64,000 nt of DNA from Candidatus Bathyarchaeota archaeon. GTDB lineage: Archaea; Thermoproteota; Bathyarchaeia; Bathyarchaeales; Bathycorpusculaceae. The notes beneath the pieces are model-generated. The model worked only from the letters and a program-made list of their open reading frames with translations. It was not told the origin of the DNA and searched no databases. Location: positions 320,001 to 384,000 of the forward strand of contig CAWHVC010000003.1 in the NCBI GenBank assembly GCA_963832745.1, written 5' to 3'. Within the stretch, counting starts at the first letter, position 1. Every line of letters starts with the position of its first letter. Shown one piece after another: positions 19,109-27,751 of the stretch. The translations under genes and the position numbers were made by a program.

Positions 19109-19738
19109 ATGGCTTTAACGCTTAAAAAACTGATAATTACAACTGCTGATAAAAAAGCGCCGGGACCATCAACAACTTTTACGCCATTCCACATTTACTG
19201 CGCTTTGGAGCTTCTCTCAAAGGAAGCATTAGGAAGAAACAAACTTGCGAGCAAACTTGGTGTTGGGGACGGCGCAGTTAGAACCATTATTAGCCGCTTG
19301 AAAGATGCAGAATTAATTTCGAACACTAAAGAAGGCTGCATGTTAACTCAGAAAGGACAAGAAGTTTGGCGACAGTTTGAGCAAGTCTTCCCTAAAAGAG
19401 CAGAAATACCTAAAACTGAACTGACAACTTCAGAGTTCAACTATGCATTTATGGTTAAAGACCGTGGAGACAAAATCAAGTCAGGAATTGACCAGCGTGA
19501 CGCAGCAATAATTGCGGGAGCAAAACGGGCAATTGTTCTTGTAGGTGACCATGGATGCTTGCATGTTGCATCAGTAGACCAATGTATAGAGCAAGAGTAT
19601 CCAGCTGCTACGGCTGAAATCTTAAAAAAAGTGGCGCCCCAAAGCAGTAAAGACGTAATCATAATTGCTGGGGCAGAAACGCCGGTAAAAGCCAAAACGG
19701 GAGCTTTCGCGGCGGCTTGGTCACTGCTTGACGCCTAA
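19109..19738 (+). CDS. Winged-helix protein (DUF4443-like)
   Basis: GRNKLASKLGVGDGAVRTIISRL HTH; GIDQRDAAIIAGA. Confidence 0.7.
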   Translation: MALTLKKLIITTADKKAPGPSTTFTPFHIYCALELLSKEALGRNKLASKLGVGDGAVRTIISRLKDAELISNTKEGCMLTQKGQEVWRQFEQVFPKRAEIPKTELTTSEFNYAFMVKDRGDKIKSGIDQRDAAIIAGAKRAIVLVGDHGCLHVASVDQCIEQEYPAATAEILKKVAPQSSKDVIIIAGAETPVKAKTGAFAAAWSLLDA

Positions 19739-19751
19739 ACCCATGTTTAGG

Positions 19752-20546
19752 TCAGGTTGTGTATTTTTCTCCACTCATAAAAATGCGTTCAAGCACAGTG
19801 TTAACGTTAGTCATGCCATCGTTGGTTTTTGATGAAACCGGCATAAGCATGAACTTCATGCCTAATTGATTAATGGCTTTCATCATGTTTCGGCTGAAAA
19901 TGCGTTTAGTACCTTCAAGTTTTTCTTCAATTGCGTCTTCAAGCGCCATGGGGCTGGCTGACCAGTCGGTAATTGCTTTTGCATCTTTTGGGGGGACTAA
20001 ATCGTACTTTGATAGTACATGCAGTTGTGGTTGGAAGAAACGGTTGTAAACTGCAGCGGATAGGAACATGTTTGAAACATAGTTTAACGGGTTAATGGAG
20101 AATACGGCGTCGAAAAGGTAGATTAACGCTTTTGGTTCACGTGTTAGCTCGTTTACGATGTATGGTCCACTAGCTCGGAAAGCGAACAGTTCCATTTGCC
20201 CCGGGGTGTCAACAAGTACAAGGTCAGCGTTTGTTGATTCAATGTCACGAGTCAAGTTTTCAGCCTCGTCAGCAATCAAGTCTGCAGCCATAATCAAAGC
20301 ACCGTTTGGTCCTAAACCGTATTTTTCCATTATATCGCCAACGTCAACATAGTTGCGTACGTCAACATCTGGCGAATATGGAAGTTTTAACGCTCCAGGA
20401 TCCAAGTTAACAACTGCAACATCTTGTTTTGACATTTTAAGCCATTCACTAAAAGCTGCGGTGAAAAGGCTTTTTCCTGAACCTGCTGTTCCAATAATAA
20501 AGGTGAGAGGCATAATTTTTTCACTAACATCAACCTTTTGGCTCAA
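19752..20546 (-). CDS. GPN-loop GTPase
   Basis: GTAGSGKS, NLDPG, GLGPNG, DTPGQMELF. Confidence 0.93.
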   Translation of the reverse strand: MSQKVDVSEKIMPLTFIIGTAGSGKSLFTAAFSEWLKMSKQDVAVVNLDPGALKLPYSPDVDVRNYVDVGDIMEKYGLGPNGALIMAADLIADEAENLTRDIESTNADLVLVDTPGQMELFAFRASGPYIVNELTREPKALIYLFDAVFSINPLNYVSNMFLSAAVYNRFFQPQLHVLSKYDLVPPKDAKAITDWSASPMALEDAIEEKLEGTKRIFSRNMMKAINQLGMKFMLMPVSSKTNDGMTNVNTVLERIFMSGEKYTT

Positions 20547-20586
20547 CAGAGCGTAATAATCTTTTGGTAGTTATTTAGATTTGATA

Positions 20587-21741
20587 TTAAGGTTCCAAAG
20601 AAGGGTTGCCTGCTGCAGGCCCCGTTTGTGGTGTTATCGCTGTTTTTCTTTTCCTATTTCTTTGTATATACCAGAATGCCCCTATGCAGGAGGCGAATGC
20701 TGCTGTTGTGATTAAAAGGATTAGGTAGGTTGGCAACTGTATGACATTTTTTGTGGTGCTTAAAGCTCCAGTGTAAATGTCATTTCCAGACCAGCCCGCT
20801 TGAATAGTATAAAAGCCGCTTGTTTGAGGGTGCCAATTAAATTCATAGCTACCGTCCACGTTTGTAACGGTTGTGCCGATAACTTCCCAAGGTGACATGT
20901 TGATTTTGGCGTAGATTGTCACGGTTTGGTTTTGCAGTTGTGGACTGATTTGACCTTTAATTGTTAGAGTAGAGTTTTCTAGCCTGATTAGAGGCGAAGC
21001 ATCTAAGGACAAGGTGCTCGATTGCATAATGTTAAAGCTTGCCGAAACCTGACCAGGGTCAATTCTTGTTACGCTGTTAAGCGGAATTACTTGAGTTGAA
21101 ACATCTTTATAGTCGTCAGGACATTCGCCTACACGCCATCCTTGTTTCCAGTTTCCACCGGTACATTCAGCCACATAATAGGTTACATTTTGGTATTCCA
21201 CATAGTAGTCTTTGCCTCTGTTTTCAGTAGGCGCATTAGCCAACTGTACACCTATATTCATGTGCTCTTGGTCTTCATAGTAAAATAGTACAACATTTAA
21301 TCCACCTGCTTTCACTATTGAAGCAGCAATATAGGCAAAAAGGTCACAATCACCTTTACCTGCAGCCATGGTTTCCGTGGGGTAATAACCAGGCGTTGTT
21401 TCTTCATAAGTGAGTTGATGAACAAGCATTAAAACACCGTTAACGAAGTCTTCGTCATTGCCATAAATCTGCCAAAGCCTGTCAGCAACGGGTTTAAGCG
21501 CGTAAGGTGTTACGAATTTTGCGAAGTCGTCAGCGGAAGATAAACGGTGGTTTTCGTTTGCGTAATAATCGTTAAGTTGCTTGGGTATTACGACTTCAAG
21601 CTGATACAGGGTTTTGCCGTCGGGCTTGTTTAACAGTTGATAGGATAATTCAGTGTCTTGTGCAAGGCACGCTGGGATAGTTGATAGTAATATGGCGGCA
21701 ATGGCTAATGCAACAGCAGTTTTGACGCAGGTATGTTTCAT
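20587..21741 (-). CDS. Secreted transglutaminase-like protein with Ig-like domain and C-terminal TM anchor
   Basis: Signal peptide; KGDCDLFA (Cys), EHMNIGV (His), YVAECT (Glu); beta-rich domain; TM + RNRKRK. Confidence 0.72.
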   Translation of the reverse strand: MKHTCVKTAVALAIAAILLSTIPACLAQDTELSYQLLNKPDGKTLYQLEVVIPKQLNDYYANENHRLSSADDFAKFVTPYALKPVADRLWQIYGNDEDFVNGVLMLVHQLTYEETTPGYYPTETMAAGKGDCDLFAYIAASIVKAGGLNVVLFYYEDQEHMNIGVQLANAPTENRGKDYYVEYQNVTYYVAECTGGNWKQGWRVGECPDDYKDVSTQVIPLNSVTRIDPGQVSASFNIMQSSTLSLDASPLIRLENSTLTIKGQISPQLQNQTVTIYAKINMSPWEVIGTTVTNVDGSYEFNWHPQTSGFYTIQAGWSGNDIYTGALSTTKNVIQLPTYLILLITTAAFASCIGAFWYIQRNRKRKTAITPQTGPAAGNPSLEP

Positions 21742-21824
21742 GGATTCTATGCACTTGGCTAAATTGGGTTAATGGTTTTGTGAAAACCAAACTAATACTT
21801 AAAAAACATATCCCAAATCTGCAC

Positions 21825-22655
21825 CTAATCCATCCTGACTAAAACATCACTGAAAGCTGCAAGAAGACGCTTTAGCATTTCGATTGACCCGTCAAGCAGG
21901 CACTTTGGGTTTGATCTTTCTTGGGCAATTATGGTTAAGTGCAGTTCGATTTGTGGTTTACCGTTTGCGCTGAGCTTAAGCGGATGAGACTTGATATAAA
22001 CGCCCTTGTATTGAGCCATTACTTGGTCAATATACGGCGCCAAAACTGATTCGCCCATTCCTTCCAAAAACAGGCTTCGTTCACAGAAAACCAAGCCGCC
22101 TGTTGCCGCTTTAATTTTTGGCGCTAAGGTTTCATTAAATATTGCTTCCATCTCAGCTGGTACGCCGGGCAGAACAAAAAGGGTTGTTGTGGGCAAATCA
22201 ACTTGTATTCCGGGTGCTGTTCCAATCGGGTTATTAACGAATATACTGCCTTGGGGCAGGATCGCCATTTTTACTCGGGGTTTGGTCATTTCAATGGGGG
22301 TTGGCAAGCCGCGTTTTTTTGCGTACTGGTTGCTTCGTTGCTGAACCATTTCCAGCGCTTGCTGGTTAACTTCGAGCTTGCGGTTTAAGCCTGCAGCTAT
22401 ACCTTCAAGGGTTTTGTCATCAAAAGTTGGCCCTAAACCGCCTGTGGTTATGATAAAGTTGGGTTTGCGAGCTAAAGCTTCTTGGAGCGCTGAGGCGATT
22501 TCTGGGATTAAATCTTGGATTACTGTTACGCGTTTAACGTTGACTGCGTAGGTTGTTGCTTGCTTGGCTAACCAATGTGCGTTTGTGTTTAGAATTTTGC
22601 CGATAAGTAACTCGTTGCCTATGCAGATGATTTCTAAATCAACAGTCAAATCCAA
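21825..22655 (-). CDS. CinA N-terminal-like molybdopterin-binding domain protein
   Basis: IGNELLIGKILNTN, TTGGLGPTFDDKT, NPIGTAPG, LPGVPAEM. Confidence 0.9.
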   Translation of the reverse strand: MDLTVDLEIICIGNELLIGKILNTNAHWLAKQATTYAVNVKRVTVIQDLIPEIASALQEALARKPNFIITTGGLGPTFDDKTLEGIAAGLNRKLEVNQQALEMVQQRSNQYAKKRGLPTPIEMTKPRVKMAILPQGSIFVNNPIGTAPGIQVDLPTTTLFVLPGVPAEMEAIFNETLAPKIKAATGGLVFCERSLFLEGMGESVLAPYIDQVMAQYKGVYIKSHPLKLSANGKPQIELHLTIIAQERSNPKCLLDGSIEMLKRLLAAFSDVLVRMD

Positions 22656-22741
22656 ATCGCCTACTATTAAGTGTAGGCTTAACTGGATGTTTTATAGTGT
22701 TTGCTAAGAAAACGTTAAACACGCTATGGTAAGCGTGGTTT

Positions 22742-22993
22742 TTACTTTTTGCTTAGGTACCATTTAAGGTATTCTTTGCGGCGGTTCTCTTTTAATTCAT
22801 CTTCTGTTTCGTCGCTTGGCCTGTTTCTGTCTCTTAACTCTTCAAGTTCTTGCCCGGTAACTGATAAACCACAGCTTTTACAAACATAAAGCTTGGTTAC
22901 AGGCATATACCGCATTTCTCCACCGCATTCAGGACAATATGTCATTTCAATGTTCACCGTGGAATTATTACATTTAATCGACTGACCAGACAT
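22742..22993 (-). CDS. Small zinc-ribbon protein
   Basis: CPECGG...CKSCG; likely start at MTYCPEC (22945). Confidence 0.75.
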   Translation of the reverse strand: MSGQSIKCNNSTVNIEMTYCPECGGEMRYMPVTKLYVCKSCGLSVTGQELEELRDRNRPSDETEDELKENRRKEYLKWYLSKK

Positions 22994-23081
22994 ATTTAGT
23001 CTTCGCTATAAAAACCTGAATCACCCCCTGAAAAAATAAACAACCGCTTAAAAACAGGCTAAACCAACAATTCTTAACCAA

Positions 23082-23136
23082 GTTTTAAAAACGTCTTAGT
23101 TGAAAAACATCATTAACACCTGCCCCCCTAGTTTCA
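23082..23136 (-). repeat. Degenerate right-half copy of the dispersed element
   Basis: Reverse complement tgaaactaggggggcaggtgttaatgatgtttttcaac...ttttaaaac aligns with tgaaacctatagggggtaggtcgctattgatactttttcaag...ttgaaaaac. Confidence 0.5.
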
Positions 23137-23276
23137 GAACAATAATTTATTTTTCTCTTATTGTCCACAATTTACTTTTTTAACTAGACCCATGTCCATT
23201 TTTTATGCGATATTATGAACATTTCATAACCAAATTTATATTCTAACACGATAAATATCTAAGAAAGGGAAAAAGA

Positions 23277-23600
23277 ATGCCGCAATTAGACCAATACCTT
23301 TCCAAATATATTGCTGAAAAAGCCGTTACGCTTGAAAAATATGTCCTTGAAGCATCCAACAGTAAGGACGAACACTTCCTATGCATGGAATCTTTTCAAG
23401 GCACACTTCTAGCCACTCAAGACCTAAGAAATTGTGAATTCCTAAGAGATGCAGACATTTTCACTGAGGAAGTCACAATGCTTCGCAATGGCGGACATAA
23501 CAGTTATAGGGTTTTCCGTTTAACGCCAAAAGGAAGAGAACTTGCCGAAGACTTAAAACAAGGCTTGATGAACAAAAAACTGTTCACAACAAGCCTATAA
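23277..23600 (+). CDS. Hypothetical protein, possible winged-helix C-terminus
   Basis: 107-aa ORF; FRLTPKGRELAE wing-like motif. Confidence 0.6.
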   Translation: MPQLDQYLSKYIAEKAVTLEKYVLEASNSKDEHFLCMESFQGTLLATQDLRNCEFLRDADIFTEEVTMLRNGGHNSYRVFRLTPKGRELAEDLKQGLMNKKLFTTSL

Positions 23601-23773
23601 CACACCCTCTTCTTTTTAAAGAGACCCAGATTTAAGGCGTTTTGGCCATAATGTTGGAAAGAAATAAGCGTTGTACTTAAAAAATTATTTAAATATTTTA
23701 TCTGTTTTGGATGTATGAAAAAAATAGTTTGCATGGAAAACCATGCTGTTTGAGAGTTTAATTACGTCCTTGC

Positions 23774-25069
23774 TTATCTTGACGCCATGATGGTGCTTGC
23801 TAAGGGTATTCCTGATGGGCAAACGTATGAGCATGTTCCGCAGCCAATGCAGTCTTTGTTCCAGAGTTTTTCTACTTGTGCTGTGTTGTCTGGCTTCATG
23901 ATTGCGTTGTAGATTAGGATTGGGTGCAGTTTAACTGGGCAGGCAGTGATGCATTTTGCGCAGTGTATGCAGGCTGTTTGTTTTTTGGTTTCTTTGTGTT
24001 TGCTTTCTGAGAAGACGATGATGCTTGAGCTTCGCTTGGTTGTTGGTGATTCTGTTGTTGGAATTGCGTGTCCCATCATGACTCCACCGATGACAACTTG
24101 CCTCACATCAGTCATGTTGATGTTGTTTTGGGTGAAGATGTCACTAATTGGAGTGCCGACTTTAACGAGCAAGTTTTTAGGTTGAGCAATTTCACCGTTT
24201 AGGGCTACTACTCTGCTTATGAGTGGTTCGCCTTCAAAGACAGCGTTTGCGATGGCATTGATTGTTGCAACGTTCTGAACGATGCAGCCCATTTCGTATG
24301 AGCGTTTGTTTGGTGGTGTTTCGTAACCAAATAGTGCTTTTTGAAGTACGCTTGCGTCGCCTTGTTGATATTTGAAGTGACCTGCAACGACGGTTGTGTC
24401 TGGCTCTTTGCCGAAGACTTCTTGCAGTTTTGGTACGGCTTCTACTTTAGATACTTTGGTGGCAACTGTAACTTTGGGGTTCCCCAAAATTTTTCGGATG
24501 ACTTTGACGCCATTTAACAGGTTCTCAGTTTTTTCGATGAGTAAGCGTTCGTCGGCTGTGTCATATGGTTCGCCTTCAGTAGCGTTTACGACCAAGTTTT
24601 TGATTGGGAATTCTGCTGGTGGCGATAGTTTGATGTGTGTTGGAAAACCTGCGCCTCCAAGACCGATGATGCCTGCTTCATGGATTATTTTAAGCAGAGC
24701 GTCTGGTTTTGTGCTTTCAAGTTCTTTTTCGGAGATTGGCGAGAGTGATTTGTCTTTTGTTTTTTTGCCGTCGTTTTCGATGTAGATTGCTTCCATTAAG
24801 GTTTCTGCGCAGTGGCTGTAGATATTGCCTATTTTGACAACTTTGCCTGAGATTGGGCTGTGCACTGGGCTGCTTATGCGTTCTTTTGAGTCAGCAATTT
24901 TTTGACCGATTGCTACTGAGTCACCAACTGCAACTAGGGGAGTGTTTGGCTTCCCTGTGTGCTGGTTTATGATGACTATAGCAGTTTTGGGGTCTGGGAA
25001 GATTTCGATGGGTGCTACGCGTGCTTGTTCTTTGTGTTCTTTTATATGTTCATATGGCATTTTGTTCAT
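23774..25069 (-). CDS. rnfC: RnfC-like flavin/Fe-S electron transfer protein
   Basis: VHSPISGKV, GLGGAGFPTHIKL, EGEPY, SLBB region, CIHCAKCITACP and CIGCGTCSYVCP. Confidence 0.88.
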   Translation of the reverse strand: MNKMPYEHIKEHKEQARVAPIEIFPDPKTAIVIINQHTGKPNTPLVAVGDSVAIGQKIADSKERISSPVHSPISGKVVKIGNIYSHCAETLMEAIYIENDGKKTKDKSLSPISEKELESTKPDALLKIIHEAGIIGLGGAGFPTHIKLSPPAEFPIKNLVVNATEGEPYDTADERLLIEKTENLLNGVKVIRKILGNPKVTVATKVSKVEAVPKLQEVFGKEPDTTVVAGHFKYQQGDASVLQKALFGYETPPNKRSYEMGCIVQNVATINAIANAVFEGEPLISRVVALNGEIAQPKNLLVKVGTPISDIFTQNNINMTDVRQVVIGGVMMGHAIPTTESPTTKRSSSIIVFSESKHKETKKQTACIHCAKCITACPVKLHPILIYNAIMKPDNTAQVEKLWNKDCIGCGTCSYVCPSGIPLASTIMASR

Positions 25070-26254
25070 CTCCCAAATGGCTTATGGATTCCTACACGGT
25101 CTAACAGTGGCACTGTAAAGTTCATGATTAACAGTGCAAGCAGTGAGCCTCCGAAGAAGTTCATGTATGTCTGAATAATCACGGTCAGTACACCTAAACC
25201 GATGCCGAAGATTATCTGCCCGGTTCCCGTAAACGGAGTTGTAGCCGGATCAGTAGCCATGAAGAATCCTAAGAATATTGAGCTTCCTATAAAGACTTCG
25301 AATAGTATGCGCACTAATGCGTCTCCGCCGTAGATTCCAGTCATGATAAGTGACATTACAACAATGCTTGCGAAGTATGTTCCAGTGATTTTCCATTTGA
25401 AGTAGTTGCGTGCAAGTAGAATTAAGGCGACACCAACGATAATAACTGCTAAGCTTGATGCGCCACCTGTCCATCCGTGATACTTTGACTAAACCATTAG
25501 AGAATTAACATCTCCAAGAGAGCTTGGTGGGATGGGTTAGAGTAGCAACCTTGCAGATAACCTCCGAATGACGATATACCATTACCGCCTATCACTGTAT
25601 CCATTCCTAATGGTCCTGCGAGGTTTGGAACACTTAAACCGCCGGTTCCATCGGCGGATATGCTGCCCAGTGATCTTTAGCGAGAAATACTGAACCAATG
25701 AATGGCAATAGAACTAAGAATTTAGCGGCTGCAGCAGGGTTTACGAATTTGCGTCCTTTCATTCCTTGAAGTTTCTTGAATACGACAAGACCAATGAATG
25801 AGATTAAGGCTACATATAAGAAGCATCCAGGGGCAGTTAATGTATCAATGGGCATAATATCGTTGGCTTGTGCCATCTGAGGTAGACCGATCGAGTAGGA
25901 GAGAGTTACAATTAAGCCGAAAACTGCTGCTGACATCGTGTTTATTTCACTATCAGCGGCAACTTTTCCGATAATAAAATCGCTTAATACAGCTATTCCG
26001 ACAGCAATTAAAGCGTTTAGCAGAACGATAGCGCCAAGAGGCATAGCCATAGCGTTAGTCAAGCCAAGAGCTGAGATTTGTCCTTCTGTGGGCGCCATGA
26101 CTGGCCACCACAGAACAGCGGTGATAATGGTGATTGCCATCAAAGCAGCGAAAGTGTAGGTCATCAGTCGAGTTTTAGACATTGCACCAGTAATTTGTGG
26201 GGGTGATGAAACAACCAAATCTTTGGGTTTTTCAACAGAGGGTTGATTAGTCAT
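25066..26254 (-). pseudogene. rnfD: RnfD/NqrB-like membrane protein with several frameshifts between ~25490 and 25660
   Basis: N-part SSPPQI, SAAVFGL, NPAAAAK; C-part HGWTGGASSLAV, FMATDPATTP, LIMN; frame changes in between. Confidence 0.75.
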
Positions 26255-26586
26255 TTAAGTAACCTCTTACAATAGAGTGACAATTTAACCCCATTAAATA
26301 TTAAACTCTTTCGGAAAAATCAAAACTTAAAATTTTTTTGATTAAATTTTCATTTAAATCTTAAAAAACTGTGGAAAACAGGTTTTTTCTGCTTTAAAGA
26401 CATTAAAAAGCTTAAGTTATCAACATAGATTTCAAATTCACCCTTATTTCATGTAAAAATTACTGAAAAAACTCGTCAAACCTCTTTTTTAAGCAGATAC
26501 TGGTTTAAAGAAAAAATGCGGGGGTTTTCGCTTTTTACAGGAAATTTTATATCGATAAAGTTTGATGTTAATAGCTCGTGATTTAA

Positions 26587-27693
26587 TTGGCTCAAAACAG
26601 CAGACCACCCTTGTACATGGTAACTTGGCGTTGTACAAGGCGATGTGTAGGCAACTGCCTTTACTGCAGTTACGTACCTAAATTTGCCAAAGACACCGAA
26701 GTAAGCACTGAAGTGGGCAAAAAAATTGTTGATGAAATGCACAACTTTGGCGCTAAATGGTTCGGCATCAGCGGCGGAGAACCACTATGCCGCGAAGACA
26801 TCTTCGAAATTATTGAACATGCCAAAAAAACGTATGGCATGGAAGTAAGTTTAATCACAAGCGGATTTGCTTTTGACCAAAAACGTTTAGACCTCCTAAC
26901 AAAATATGAGGTCCACACTGCCGTAAGCATCGACGGAGATAAAGCTGCAAACGATACTGTTAGAGGACAAGGCAGCTATGATAAAGCAACCTATGCTATG
27001 AAGAAACTTGGCGAAAGAGGTCTACTTGACTGCGTTGTTACAACCATGAACAAGTACAACATAAACGTGCTTGAACACACTTGCCAACTCGCAGCTGAAT
27101 ATGGCGGCAAAATGGTTGTTTATCACAATCTTGTCCCCGTCGGAAGAGCAAGCGACAACATGCTGGATTTAGCTCCAACAGCAGACCAGTATGAAGTAGC
27201 ACTTAACCAACTTTACGATTACGAAATAAAATACAACCACAACAAGAAAAACAACAACTTCCGAGTAAACGTTTACTCACCATTCTATGCAAGAATCGTA
27301 AAACAGAGAAACCCAGCAAGATTCTGGGACTGGTTCACCAACGAATTCCTTGGCAAATGCACTATCGGCGGAGACTACATCGGAGTAACCGAAAATGGTG
27401 ACTATCGACCATGCGGTTTCCATGAAGGCTACCGTTTAGCCAACGTCAAAGACAAGCCATTAAAGCAAGCTTGGGATGAACTTCAAACAAACCCACTACA
27501 CCTTAAACTGAGAGACAAGAGCCAAATTAAGGGTAAATGCGGAATTTGTGAGTACCGAGAAATCTGTGGTGGATGCAGAACACGCGCTGAATTCTACACT
27601 GGCGACTTGTTTGAGTCAGACCCAGCATGTGCATACATTCCAAAGGCGTTGCGTGAAAATCCCAATCTGCTTAAAGAAATGCAGCAACAGTAG
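26587..27693 (+). CDS. Radical SAM/SPASM domain protein (PqqE/NirJ/AhbC-like family)
   Basis: CVGNCLYC, SGGEPL, VSIDG; SPASM CTIG...RPC...GKCGICEYREICGGCR...DPAC. Confidence 0.92.
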   Translation: MAQNSRPPLYMVTWRCTRRCVGNCLYCSYVPKFAKDTEVSTEVGKKIVDEMHNFGAKWFGISGGEPLCREDIFEIIEHAKKTYGMEVSLITSGFAFDQKRLDLLTKYEVHTAVSIDGDKAANDTVRGQGSYDKATYAMKKLGERGLLDCVVTTMNKYNINVLEHTCQLAAEYGGKMVVYHNLVPVGRASDNMLDLAPTADQYEVALNQLYDYEIKYNHNKKNNNFRVNVYSPFYARIVKQRNPARFWDWFTNEFLGKCTIGGDYIGVTENGDYRPCGFHEGYRLANVKDKPLKQAWDELQTNPLHLKLRDKSQIKGKCGICEYREICGGCRTRAEFYTGDLFESDPACAYIPKALRENPNLLKEMQQQ

Positions 27694-27751
27694 ATAAATC
27701 AACTTTTTTCTTCTTTTACTTTTTAGTCAATTTTCAAAAAGTAGAAATTAT

